Shown: one piece after another, positions 37,377 to 50,467 of the stretch
Layout: every line of letters starts with the position of its first letter
Position numbering within the stretch: position 1 is the stretch's first letter
From: Anthoceros angustus
Taxonomy: Eukaryota; Plantae; Anthocerotophyta
Direction of reading: 5' to 3'
Assembly (NCBI GenBank): GCA_010909165.1
Contig: MU008232.1
Span: forward strand, 29,788-93,787
DNA: 64,000 nt
Notes under the pieces: generated by a model
What the model saw: only the letters and a program-made list of their open reading frames with translations
Told to the model about the DNA's origin: nothing
Database searches by the model: none
Translations under genes and position numbers: made by a program

Positions 37377-40300
37377 TCCTCCCCACTAGGAAGAATCACG
37401 CCTCGGTGATAACCGTGTAACGAGCAATCATCCGAGCCTTTCGGATATCCTCTAATGTTACCCAAAGCGGTATTGAGATCCCACAACTTTACCATGTATT
37501 GTGGTAGAGTTCCACGTCTGTAGCCACGCTACCTGCAAGGAATTCTTCAATCTCCCGATCCTTGATCATCTTTGCGAGGATGTACTTCTTCCTCCATGTC
37601 CTCTTTCTCCTTGCAATGGTTTCCGTGAAACATGAAACACATTGTGTGCAAAAATCGAGCAAGTCCAACTTATAAGCGACTTCTCCAATGCGCTTGACAA
37701 CATAAGGACCTCCATACTTTGGCCTCAACTTTAGAGACAAACCTTGGGGCGGTGTGAAATGCTTCAATTTCACCCAAACCTTATCCCCAACATTGAAGGT
37801 TTCTCTCCTTTGTATCGATATCTCTTCGGCGTGTGAGCCTTGGCTAATATCTTTTGGCAATCTCATGCCTAGCCTTCAAGCTGCTCTCAACAAATTGGCG
37901 TGGATCTCCGTGGTAGTATCGAAAACTTCAGCGTTTAGCATGGATACATCCGGTACGAGTTCCACTCATCTCAAAGGGACTATATCCCGAGAGCTATGTA
38001 TGTTATTGTAACAAAACTCCGCATCATCAAGATGATCAATCTCGATCAATGCACATAGTGCCTCAAGTATTCTTCTTGGATTCGGTTGACTCGCTTAGCC
38101 CATATCTGGATGGTGCGGTACTCATGCATAAGCGCACATTCAAACTTCTCATCAAGTCTTGCATTCTCCGTGAATCTTGGATCTCTATATCACATCTGCG
38201 GCAAGCCATGATACTTGTATACATACTTCTTGAACAAGTTGGGTGCCTCGAGCTCACTCGCTTCTTGGTGGGGATGAAGTGCGCTTGCTGGTGAACCTAT
38301 CCACCCTTTGTCATGATAAGATAACCATTCTTGGGAGGCAAAGGCATGATGAAGTCCATAGAAATACTTTTCCATGGCCCTCTTGGAATAGGTAGGGGAA
38401 CAAACCTCTTGGTTTAGCCTGTTCTACCTTATCCTGCTGACAAACAGCACATGCCTTGACATAGTCTAATGTATCTTGATACATTCCTCGATAAAGCACT
38501 TCTTCAACTTCTCATAAGTTGAATCACCTCCGTGACCCGGCGGCACATCATGACATTCAAAGAACTTCTTCTTCAAGCCTCTGAGTTAGGAATCACAACT
38601 CTCTTACATTTGTATATCAACAAACCATCTCGAGTTTGAACTTGCTTCCTTTCTACGCCACCCCATTCATCCGATCCACGCACTTGAGGATCTTGCGAGA
38701 TAAGCTTCCTTAATCTCTTTGTGAGTATCCACAGGCTCAATCACACTTGCCATTGCCATCCTTGACTCATTTGCGACTCAACGCATCGCAACCTTATTCT
38801 CCTTTCCGGTTTGTATTTGAGTCACATCATACATAGCTAGAAATCACGCCATCTAGCTTGCCGCATTCAACTTCAATTGGTTGGAGAAGTATGTTATCTT
38901 GATATTATCGATACACAAAAGACCTACCCAAGAGATAGTGCCTCCAAGCCTTTAGGCATGGATGGCGGTCATTTCCTTCTCATAGGTGGGATACTTCATC
39001 TCATAAGGATGCAACTTCCTTGACTCAAAAGCTAATGGCGGTCACGCATCAAAACTCCACCTATAGCCATGTCGAGGCATCACAATACACTTCTACATCT
39101 TTCTTGGGGTCATACATTCCCAACAGGAGTAGTACTCAACTTCTTCAAGTATTCAAAGGCTTGACAATCAGCATCCCACTTCCAAGCTTTTGATGTCTTC
39201 AAGAGGTCGATTATGCTATCTTAGCAAACATATGTACAAACCTCCATGTGAGCCAAACCCATAAAGCTCGTACCTCATGAATGTTAGAGCCAATCTTGAA
39301 TGGCTTTAACTTTATCAGATCCATCACGATGCCCTCGGAGACAATAAAACCTAAGAATGGAATCTACATCTTGACGAAATCACACTTCTTGATTGCCAAG
39401 AACAAAGAATTCTCTCTTAGCTTTTGTAACACTTCTCTTAAGTGTTCATGTTCCTCAAGGTATGGCTAAAGATCAAAATGTCATCCGGATAGATTACAAC
39501 ACACTTGTCCACGGATCTATGAATATAGTATTCATAAGTGTAAAATGTGGCGGTGCATTAGTAAGTCCAAATGGCATGACCAGAAATTCAAAAGCCCCAT
39601 ACACGGTCCTACAAGCTTTTGTACTCATGCCCTCGGCAATCGATCGTACCACCCGCCAGATCCACTTGGTGAAATACTTGGCACCCTTCAACATGAACAT
39701 ATCATCCATTCTAGGCAAAGGATATGCATTCTTGATTGTCGATTCGAGCTGTAATCCGGACAATCGAGTCCTCCATTCTTTTCGCGTGAACAATACAGGC
39801 GCACCAAAAGGAGACTTAGAAACTCGACATATCCCTTTGCCAGTTGGATAGTTGTCGCTTGAGTTCTTGCAACTCATCCATGACAATCTATACGGTGCTC
39901 TTGAAGGAGGCGTACTCACGGCTTCAAGTCAATCTCATGATCTACTACTCTGCGACGGCGTGGCAACTCATCGGCATCAAATCCTTGAACTCATCCATAG
40001 CTTGCTTTTGGGATGTCTTTCACCTCTGGAATCTTCTTCTAGACCATCCTCTAGTCCTTGAGTACAACTAAGTATAGCTCCTTCTTTTCCGAGATCCTTC
40101 TTAAGCTCTCTTTTGAAATCATCTTGATGGAGTCTCAAGCTCAGCTAACACTAGCACAACTCACCTTGTGCTTCGGATATCTCAATAGTGCGAGACTTAA
40201 CATCCATATACACTTCATTGGATCTCATCCACTCCGGGCCTAAGATGATATCATGGTCATCCATCTCGACGTGAAACTCTCATTTCCTTGCCATGCTTCA

Positions 40301-41625
40301 ACTTGCGCTTTACTCCATGCAATTCACCCAGTGCGAGTCCCTTTAACTTGATTCCATATGGCGTGGAAGTTTTATCCATTCAAGACCAAGCTCTCTTGCC
40401 TTACTAGGAGTTATAAAATTGTGGGTGGTGCAGAATCCAACAACAACTCTACATCTAAGCCATTCATCTTCCCACATATATACATGAGGTCTCCACCTTT
40501 CCTCATTATAGTGTCATCCTTGACACTAGATGACTCACCACATGTCTTCACAACATGTGGCCCGCGTCTGGGCTCCTCGGAAGTTCTTGAATCCGGCTCT
40601 TGGAGCAGGTGGATTGGCAGCAACCAAATTCAAGTTGGGAGCTCCAACATGTGGACAATTCTAGCAAAGTGTCCTGTTCTCCGCTGTAACACACAGGCTA
40701 AAGCCTTTGTCGTCTTCCACGACCCTGTTATCTCCTCTAGCTCGGCCTCTGCCCGATAGTCTCATTGGTTCCACTATTCACGGTGGTGGTAGCGTCCTGC
40801 CTCTAGATCTACCGAGACCTAGGATATCTTCCTCTTGATGCCTCTTGAATAAACATATCCGGTATAGCATCTGCTGCGCCATGGCCTCTTGCGGTTTGAG
40901 GATTAGTCAAAGCTATCCTATTTTGAGCCCATCTCTTAAGGCCGGTGATAAACTTGTGGAGTTTGTCACGCTCATGCATCTCTGGACATTGCAAGACAAT
41001 AGAGCTAAACTCACTCACATACTCCCGCAAAGTTCCGGTATGCTTGACATTGTCGAGCATCCTTCGAAACTCATGCATTAGCGGGTTGGAAAGCGAGTTG
41101 CGGCGCTTGTGAATGCCCATGTGAAGAGCTCTGCGATTGCCTTGCCTTACGTTCTCAACGTAAGTCCTCCACCAAGTAAGAGCATAATCCTCTAAGAAAT
41201 TCGTGGCGTGCTTCACTCATCTTCTGCACTCATGATTGATGCTTCCAAGAAAAACCAGGCGATTTTCTCTCGTCACTCGCCTTTATAAGTCTTTGGGGCT
41301 GTATCGGCCTCAACTTCTTAGACTTTTGGCGATGCTCTCGAGCTCAGGCTCCACTTCTTGGCTCTTCTTCAGAGCTTTACTTTGCCTTTAATCTCGATCC
41401 ATGGCATCAAGTCTCCTCATGATCTTTTGGGCTGGTCCTCTATGGTGGTGCGGTCCTGCTCCGGTTCCTTCCTCCATTGTTCTCACAACTTGTGGACTCG
41501 CGCTCTTCCACGGAAGCGGGCCTTATCTTTCCGTGCGTATCCTTTCCACTCTACTCGGCTCAGCAGGATCTGCCATCTCCACTAGCGTACTAGTCAAGAT
41601 GCTTCAACCTATGCTCGATACCACA

Positions 41626-42222
41626 AGTAACACCCCCCTCAGGGGTGGGAAAACCAGATTAGAAGCAAACTAGGGTAATAAATCAACACGGACACGACTA
41701 GGCCTCCAAGTAGCCGCCCTCCTCTTCTAGGAGGACTCATGACACACTCTTCTTGCTGCTCTTTATTCTTAGATCACGAGTCAACAAGAACATACAGGTG
41801 GAGGCTAGAGAACTCCCCATCTTTGCCTAAGCTAGGAGCTTAGCTCTCTCTTCACTTGACCTCCTCCACAAAGCTCCTTCACACGGCCTCCCCTTGTGCT
41901 TACAAGCAACAAGTGCTCTCAAGGCATAGCCCAAGCATCAAGTGCTCTCAAGGCCTGCCAAGCAACAAGTGCTCTCAGGCACAGCAAGTGCTCTCAAGCT
42001 CAAGCAACAAGTGCTCTCAAGGTCAATGAATCTTTAGCCAGGCGGTCTCCTTTATACTCAAGCCCTAGCTACAATCTTAGTAACTACTTACTTAAGCTTT
42101 AAGCTATTTACTACCATACACTTCCTAGGGCTGCATGCTTAACATGCTCTTAGTAAGCTGCTCTTCTAAACATGCCTCTGCATGGAGCTTTCTTGCAAAG
42201 CACTCAAGCCAGCTTTGTTACT
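41626..42222 (-). repeat. 5' LTR of gypsy-2 (AGTAAC...GTTACT)
   Basis: Adjacent to the PBS and flanked by the TSD. Confidence 0.93.
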
Positions 42223-42263
42223 CCATTGCTTCATTGCTTTGCATCCTTAAATTTCCATTTGCA

Positions 42264-42452
42264 AGAAGAAGAAGAATTTTATTTAAGTCCACTAAGATTT
42301 CCGTGATGGGACTTGGTACTTAACAACTTGTACCATGGTGTGCCTAAGCTACCAAGGCATCCTCCCTTTAGGCACCCCATCTAGGCCCGATCCAAGCTCA
42401 GGATGCTTAATCACGGCGTTCTTATAAATGTGTGTCCATTTGGCTAGGCCAT
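42264..42452 (-). repeat. Single ~190-bp copy of the SINE-like repeat, ending (minus strand) in AATAAA-(TTC)n
   Basis: Co-linear match to the units at 35810-36390. Confidence 0.75.
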
Positions 42453-43481
42453 TTGGACAAGATTTGCCTTCGACTTCGCTATGCCTGCCCCACCTGGTAA
42501 CAAATTCACCGACGCCAGAAGGATCGCATCGGCTCCCCTATTCCGTAGCATCCGGTGCTGCTGACCCGCAGGCTTGTCCGCTGCGGCATGCATTTGATTG
42601 CCATTAGGTTATTCCGAAGTTGGGCGATCAAAGCCATGTCCCCAGCCGAGACGTGGGGAGTCCTACTCACTGGAAGGAAGCTGGCCCTCCTAAAAGGCGG
42701 CGGTTAGACTGAGCAAGAGACGTTCAAGACCAGCCAGAGATTCGATATTACCCAGCAGATCTGCTACATGTCCCTATCAGGTTGTGGGCCTCCTAGAAAG
42801 AGGAGGGAGGTGGAGGAATGGGACGGAATAGTCTGAATTCCACTCACATCTTCTGCTTAAGCGCAACAAGCAAGGAGGCTAAAACACCCAGTTAAAGTCT
42901 GGTTGGGAGGATATCGAGCTGATGCTCAGCTCCGGATAGGTACCTTGGTGGTTTTGTCCTGCTAGGATCAGGAAACCCATAACAGCATCAGTCAAGAGGA
43001 TATTTACCCTGCTTTGATCTGCCTTTTGATGTCCGACCAGAACGAGGTTCGGAAAGAAAATCCAGGATGCCAACGATCCTGAAGCATCCATAATATTCAG
43101 TGCGTTTCCACCGTTCCTCATCGATATTCAATCAACTTGTGACCCTGGATCCCTCATCTGCATCCACCCAGTTCCACGATCTCCTCAAACGCTGAAAGCG
43201 CACCATAACGTAGTCATCCAGCCAGCCAATGTATACGGGCACAATCCACCTTCTCATAGCTTCCGAAGGAGGTTGCAACAACAGCAGTGATCAGCATAGG
43301 ATCCCAGCTAGATTGAACAAGTGATCAGATGCCTTGCAAGCTCGAAGACTTGAAACCGGGGACCTAACTGCTTGCCTTGCCCTCAGGGGCCAGCGACCTC
43401 AAGTGGATTACAAACATGGATCAGCATAGGGAACGCCACTGGGCAATGAAGGAAAGAGGCACCTGTGCCCAGAGTCGCCTG

Positions 43482-45044
43482 TCACTCACTTTGACCTTTC
43501 CCTGCACAGCCACACCTTTGATACATTTCCTCAAGTGCAGACCTAAGCATCGGGTCCGCATCCAGTCCTGCTTTGACGACCTGAGCGTGTGTCAGCTTGC
43601 CCTGATCTAGGTCGCGTAAGCTGCCACAAGCTCTGAGGACGGTCAGAAATGTAGTCCTATTGAGCCTAAGGCCGTCCTCACACAGCTTGTGAAAGAGCAC
43701 CAAGGCCTCTTGGGGATGCCCACCCCACACATACCCTGCAGTAATACATGCCAACATTTCAAATCCCTTCTGGTGCTGCATCGAAGACCAGGCAGCATCC
43801 TCCAGGCTTCCACATTTGATGTACATCTCAGTTAGGCTGCTCACAGCAGCTGCATTGAGGCTCAGCCCAAGCTGCATGGAGCTGGCGTGGATGAGCTTGG
43901 CCTGATCCAGAGCCCCAATCAGGCCACATGCTTTGAACGCGCTTACAAACGTAGCATTATCTGGCTTCACACCCATGCGGAGCATATCACCAAAAAAGCC
44001 GCTTCCAGCCCACAACCATTGTCAGCATAGCCTGCCATCAAAAGTTGCAGGAAACCAAGTCGCGCTTCCGCAGCTGGCTATACACATTGGATGCATCATC
44101 CACGCTCCCAAACTTAACGTACATCGAAATCAGGGCAGTGGCCACAAACAAATTCTGCTCATGCCCAGAGGCAGTAATATGGGCGTGCACTTCCCGACCT
44201 TGACGCACAGCCACTGCCATGGAACATGCTTTCAGGATTGCCACATACACATGCTCCTCCGGCTGCACACCTGCTTCCCTCATCTCTGCATACAACCTAA
44301 TCGCATTTTGGCATTGAGCTTGCCTCACATGTGCTGTAATAATGGCCCTCCATGCCTCTACCGTGGGCGACTGAAGCTTGTAGAAAGCAGCAGTAGCATG
44401 CTCCAGATCCCCGCAGGCAGAGAAAAGTTGCATAAGCTGGTTCACCAGCACAGCATTGGAGTCAAGCCCGTAGTTGCCGATGAGGAGTTGCACCTTCCTC
44501 CCGGCTGTCAAGTCCTTTCTCTCAAGGGCCAGCTGCAGCAGGCGGCAGAGCAAATGGCTGGACAGCCGAACCTGGTGGTGAGCAAGAAGGTCCACAGCAT
44601 GGAGGGCTTCCTTCAGCATGCCCTGCTCCACCAGCATGTTAAGCCTGGCCCCAGCACTTCCAGGAAGCAACTCCCCGTTCCCGTTGTTTCCTTGGCCATA
44701 CTGGATCACGGAGAATGTTAGGTCAGATTTTTTTGCAGAAGCAGCATAGCAGGTGAATGACGAGGGTGCGGTGCTCACACACGATCCCGTCCATCCCCTG
44801 CAGATTTCCACCAGCTGCGGATCCACAAGGACTCGCTCCCTCGGTGGTGTGCACACAGCGCGACAACCTCACGGAATCACCTGCAAAGAAAGATTTTTTT
44901 TTCAGAGATTGCAGCAATTCAGAATCTCTTGAGAGACTGCAGCAATTTTTGACAGCGCTGCACGTTTACCTGCCCGGCTGTGGTCGTGGTCGTGCTCGTT
45001 GCTGCAGCAGGCAACAGTATCCTCCTCGCCGCCTTGCAGAGCAT
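43482..45044 (-). CDS. PLS-class pentatricopeptide repeat protein; no E/DYW domain visible
   Basis: PPR motifs (ATALISMYVKFGSVDDA, MGVKPDNATFVSAFKACG, FLTVLRACGSLRDLDQGK). Putative exon 1 at 45044-44970 encodes a transit-peptide-like MLCKAARRILLP; GT-AG intron at 44969-44881. One in-frame TGA and one frameshift (sequencing error or pseudogene). Confidence 0.88.
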
Positions 45045-45367
45045 GCTACACAGTGCTAAGCTTCCACGAGCATGAGAGACCGTTGGGTGCGAAACCTTCC
45101 TTCCTCCAGTACGTCTTGAGTGCATCCGGAGCGGTGGATTTAGACACATACAACGATGTTTACAAGTAACATTACACAATGTCTGGTCGAGGACGTGGCA
45201 TCCAGTAATTTGTACGCTTGAACGAGTCATCGCCTTCACCGACTGCGCATGGCAGCCAACCCAAGAGTCAGGCGGTCAGGCACGAGGCGACGCCCTGGCT
45301 CGCTATCCCACGCGAGCACGCAACTTGGTGGCTTCCGGGCAAGCTCATCTGCATCTCCAGCTCAGGG

Positions 45368-45374
45368 TATAAAT
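45368..45374 (+). promoter_or_regulatory. TATA box of the PPO gene
   Basis: TATAAAT about 60 bp upstream of the ATG at 45433, in the divergent PPR/PPO spacer. Confidence 0.5.
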
Positions 45375-45432
45375 GGAGACGGCAATATCTTTGTCATCGC
45401 TCGCTCGCCCCAGGTGACCCCAGATCGCAGCT

Positions 45433-47969
45433 ATGGCAGCCATGGCAACGGCATCCTCTGCTGCTGCAATGTTGCAGATCCGCCCGTCCACCGGCCCGCA
45501 TCCTGCCTCCAGCGATGCCGCTCCCAGCATCTCCGGGCATGCCTCTCCCGCGCCCTCCAGCCGCATCCGCTTCCCGGAACAGAAGCCACTCCAGATCCGG
45601 ACCCGGGCTGGGCGTGCCGCTGGTCCGAGAGCTTCATCTTCCGCAGACGAGGAGGCGGAGCTCCCATTGCCGACCAGGTTAGCGAGCAATGCCGATCTGA
45701 GTCAGGTGTGTTCCCAGTGCTTCTGTTGCTGGTGAAGGTCTCTCTTGTTCGTGCAAGCTGTGAGGAGAGTTGGACGCATGCTGTTGCTGCTGTTAGTGAG
45801 CAATGCGGATCGGATGTTCTTGTGCGTTTGAAGTGCCTAGTCGTGGAGGACAATGTTTGTCGTGAGGCTGTCAGTGAAGAGTGCGTATTGCAAGTTCAAG
45901 ATTTTGCGTTCGAAGTACCGATGAGTAGAGGAAGATGAGTGTTGTCGTTGCTGCTCTACTGAGAAATGCGGATTGAAAGTTGAGGACGTTGTGCGGTCGA
46001 AGTAGGTAACGGTGGAGGACGATGATTGCCGCTCCTTAGTGAACGATGCGGATTGGAAGTTCTTCCATCAGTGCTTCTGCCGTGCTTGTTTGATTGGGGT
46101 TGTCGACAGTGTCAGAGCAACGCCGATCCAAAGTGATGCAGAAACCTAAATGCTCGTGTGCGGCTGCAGGGAAGAAGCAGTGCGTGTTGAACAGACGAGC
46201 AGCGGGATAGATCGGCGGCAGCTGCTGGTGGCGACATCAGTGTCAGCTGCTGCAGCCGCGGGCGTGCCGCTGTTCCTCGGCGAGGCGGGAGCGTCGCCTA
46301 TCGTGCCCCCAACCTCGGCAAATGCGTGGCAGCGACGGTTCCCGGCGTGCAAGTGAACTGCTGCCCGCCGCAGCCGACCAGGCCGGTGAAGGCCTTCACC
46401 TTCCGGCCCCAGGGCCAGTGCGAGTGCGGCAGCCGGCGCGCACCTGGTGAGCAGCGACTATGTGGCCAAGTACAACAAAGCCTACGAGCTTCTGCGCGCG
46501 CTCCCCGCGTCCGATCCCAGGTCCTACACGCAGCAGGCGAACGTCCACTGCGCGTACTGCGACGCCGGGTACACGCAGGCGGACGGGGTGACGCCGCTGC
46601 AGGTGCACAACTCCTGGCTCTTCTTCCCCTTCCACCGCTGGTACCTCTACTTCCATGAGCGCATCCTGGCGTCGCTGGTGGGAGACCCGAGCTTCGCGCT
46701 GCCCTTCTGGAATTGGGACAACCAGACGACGTCGGCGCCCCTCGCCAACACCCTGCCGCCGCTCTACGTCAACAACGCCAGCCTCTTCGACGCCAACCGC
46801 AGCCCGGCCCACCAGCCTCCCACCCTGGTGAGCTTCAGCTTCACGCCCCAGACCCTCACCGACGCGCAGCTCCGCGACGCCAACAACAACATCATGTACC
46901 AGCAGCTGGTGAGCGGCGCCCGCACCACCAGCCTCTTCTTCGGCCAGGCGTACAGGGCGGGCGACGCGCAGCCCCGGAGGCGGCACCGTGGAGAACGTCC
47001 CCACGGCGTCGTCCACGTCTGGACCGGCAACGAGAACAACCCCAACAGCGAGGACATGGGCAACTTCTACTCCGCCGGCCGCGACCCCATCTTCTTCGCA
47101 CACCATGCCAACATCGACAGGCTGTGGAGCGTGTGGAAGACGCTCCCCGGCGGCCGCCGCCGCGATCCCACCGACTCGACTGGCTCAATTCCGAGTTCCT
47201 CTTCTACGACGAGAACGCCGATCTGGTCAGTCGTCACTTCTTTCTTTCCATTCCATTCCATTCCATTTTTCGCGGCATCACTCCATGGACCAGACAAAAG
47301 CCTCACCACAGACGGGAATCCGACTCTTGCTCAGGTGCGGGTGCGGGTTGGTGACGCCGTGACCACGGAGCGGCTGGGCTATACGTACCAGGCGGTGCCG
47401 GACGCGTGGAAGGACTTCAAGCCGGTGTCGCTGAGCGCCAGCGCGAGCGCCGCGGCGCCGGCGACCAGCTCCGCAGGAGCTGGCTGTTCGAGGAGAGCAG
47501 GCGGCGATGGCGGCATCGCCGGCGGTGGCGGACGGGCTGCCGGAGTTCGGCGACGGGAGCGGAAGCTGGACAGGAGCCTGAGCTTCAAGGTGCCGAGGCC
47601 GCAGCGGCGGCGGTCAAGTCCAGCCTGTTCCCGTCGCAGGAGGATGACGAGGAGGAGGAGGTGCTGGTGATCGAGGGGTGACGGTGCCGTGCGACCGCGT
47701 CACGCACTTCGACGTCTTCCTCAACCTGCCGGACGCGGACCAGAACACGCCGCTGAGCGCCGCCGAGTACGTGCGGCTTCTACAACATCCCACTTCGCCG
47801 CCGGCGGAATGGCCGGCATGTCCGACCGGCAAGCCACGCTCCGCCTGGGCATCGGCGACACGCTCAGGACCTGGGCATCAGGACGTCTCCAACCTGGTCG
47901 TCACGATCGTGCCGCGAGGCGCGGCCAGGCCCCATCGTTGCCAAGGCCTTCAGAATCGAGTACGAGTAG
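45433..47969 (+). CDS. PPO: Polyphenol oxidase (catechol oxidase), plastid/thylakoid targeted, 3 exons
   Basis: Tat signal DRRQLL, NCCPP, CuA HCAYC...HNSWLFFPFHRWYLYFHE, CuB H..VHVW...DPIFFAHHANIDRLW, DWL and KFDV-type (HFDVFLN) domains. Exons ~45433-45677, 46170-47225, 47335-47969. Several small frameshifts. Confidence 0.95.
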
Positions 47970-48564
47970 GCAGCTCAAACACCAACGTCACGCACACATC
48001 ATCCACTCCACGGACATCTACGTAATATTGTATAAAATCAAGAACGCTTTCTACGAACTGTCACATCACGCTGTGACTCCCATCATGACGAGTGTCGTGA
48101 TGCAAGCAGCGAACTCCCGAGCGTTTTCACGATTCGGCAGCAAAGTAACTACCCACCTTATATACAATACTTATATGGTTGGTGCCAGTGGATACATACC
48201 CATTTTACACATTTATTTATTATTCCGTGGGAATCATAAACCGCCTGGCCTGGGAGCGGCAGGCGCGGGATCGAGCGGCGTGGGCGGCAGCCCGGACGGC
48301 CTCAGATATATATTAACAGGATCCGTCGCCGCCGGCCGTCGTTCGGCTGTATGTATGTATGTGGGCATGGGCATGGGCATGTGCATCGGCGCGGCGGGTG
48401 GATTCATCGGCAGCGCATAGTAGAGCAGCAGCAGCCGCCGCGGCCGCAGGCAGAGCAAGGACTTGCGGCGGGAGGCAAGGAGCTGGAAATTGGTACGGAT
48501 CCGATTGCGGTGACAAGGCCCCGGAGAGAGAAGAAGGCAGTACTGTCTGTCTGCGGTTGCCGGG

Positions 48565-50467
48565 ATGGGGCGCAACAGCGTAGGTCACAGTCACAGTCAC
48601 AGTCCCAGCCCAAACCACAGCGGCACATGGCGGCGGACCGCTCCCGCCATGCTTCAAAGGGTGCTTTTTGTGAGTGTTTTGTCTTGCTTTTGGTATGTGC
48701 AAATTGCAGGCAGGCTTGGATCAGTTTGCCCGTCTGTCTGTGTGCTGGACCGGGGTTCTGAATGATTTCCATGTACGTCCGGGTCACCAGGGCTGCAGAT
48801 CAGAGCCGCTTGCCGTCCAGCAGCTTCAGGTATTAGTAGCAACTGGCTGGCATTGGCTGGCTGTGGATGCTGTCTCTGCTCTTATCTGTCTTGTCTCACA
48901 ATTGGTGTTTCCTGCGTCCAGTGTCCGGGCAAGACCGGAAGAAATTAAGTTCATTTGGCTATGTGGGTAAGCGTCTTTCCGGTTGTTGGGCTCCAGTACT
49001 GCTGGTTGCAGGGTTTTGTCCTTGACGAAAATCTGCCGCTCGTGCATCTGATTTTGCAGGACTTTGGACAGTGTGATGCCAAGCGATGCACCAGGAAGCT
49101 TGCGCGTTTGGGATACTTGAGGGTTTGTTTTTCCCCTGTGCTTTGTGCTGCGGTTCTTGCTTGCCCAGGATCTGGGTACCTGGACAAATTTTCCTTGGCG
49201 GATGGGAGCATGGTTTCTGAGCTTTTATCTGATCACCAGTGATGCTGACCTGGGCATTTTCCTCGTCTTCTTGCAGGAGTTGAAAGTCCAACAGCGGTTT
49301 GCAGGAGTTGTGCTCAGGTAACTCTCACTTTTCTATACAGCAACAATTTTACGTGGCATGACGATGGCAAGAGCAGGATAAGCTGTTATGACTGCAAACC
49401 CCTGGAGCCTTTGTATGTGCAGCCTCTTGATTGGTGTTGGACCGTCTATGTATGTAGCCCCAGGGGACAGAAGTGTATATCCAGGGAGGATCAGCAACTG
49501 GTGGGATCGTGGGCTATCTGTGATAGACTGTTCGTGGGCCATGTTGGAAGCTGTACCCTTTGCCCATATTCGATGCAATGCACCTCGCCTATGTAAAGTG
49601 TGCTTTTACTTCTGCGTCTTGTGTGTGGGTTTGTTTCTCCAGCAATTTCCAGATAGACTTAAATCATGGTGTCATTTGTTTTTTGCAGTACCATGGCTGC
49701 TGGCTGCCAACCCCGTAAACTACGGGCATCCCTGCTGTCATGTGTTGAAGCTCTGGCTGCAGCGTTGATTATCTGGTAACTTTCTAGTCCATGGACGTTC
49801 ACGTTTTTCTAGCATGCAGGAACCCCATGCTCCTGAGTTGAGGACATGAGATTACACTGCAGATCGTTTGACTGGAGATTGTTCCTTGTTGTTGGCTCAG
49901 CGGCGAGGATGATGCGGGAAATGAAATACTGGACAAGTTCAAGTGGGGCCACTCCTTTCTTACCCTCAACCGGTAGGTAATTCTATTGCCTTCTAGTTCC
50001 CGGAAGTTGTACAGACTGTGACTGCCATGGTTCCCCTCACGTTTCTTGCCGTTGCCAGGCAACTGCTGAAGCTGTACGCCTCGTGCTCGTCGGGAATGGA
50101 AGTAGTAGCAGTGCAAAACAGCTGGCTAGCTTCTTCGACGAAGCCTCAGCCCAGTGTAGCTGGTAAGTTCAGGTGTTGGGGTGGTGTGCTCTAGGTGTGT
50201 GTATTATGGTATGGTTGGTGTGAAAGTAACCCTCCTCCTCTTCTCCTTCCCATCCCCGTATTGGCAGATGCTGAAGAAGAGGGCGGCAGTGATGAGGATG
50301 GATTACCACCTCTGGTGCGGAACACCAATCGGGACTCTGATGAAGAGGATGAGCAGGAGGAGGGTAGCAGGAGAGTAGTGATGGTAGCGAGCGTGTTGAC
50401 CAAGTGGAGCAGCAGCAGTACAGTAGTGGTGCTGGGGGATGCCGGAGCCCTGATGGGCGATGGGTGA
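48565..50467 (+). CDS. TSR3: 18S rRNA aminocarboxypropyltransferase TSR3 (multi-exon)
   Basis: LAMW|DFGQCDAKRCT.RKL, GLSVIDCSWA, PRL|LPWLLAANPVNYG, SCVEALAAAL, FKWGHSFL.LN, and an acidic tail DEDGLPPL..NTN; GT-AG introns. Confidence 0.93.

Larger units (their letters stand above)
36836..42222 (-). mobile_element. Full-length Ty3/gypsy (chromovirus-like) LTR retrotransposon (gypsy-2), frameshifted
   Basis: LTRs at 36836-37376 and 41626-42222; TSD CCATT (36831-36835, 42223-42227); Met-type PBS at 41613-41623; PPT from 37377. Motifs ALTWWR (gag), LLDS (protease), SPFGAPVLF / YPLPRMDD / FLVMPFGLTNAP (RT), GPY (integrase C-terminus), then a degenerate chromodomain-like tail. Confidence 0.95.

Noticed and set aside
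42480-43480. E/DYW domain downstream of the PPR
   Set aside because: No PG.SW, HxE, CxxC or DYW motifs recognised in the minus-strand frames.
43933-44721. 262-aa plus-strand ORF
   Set aside because: Antisense shadow of the PPR coding sequence.
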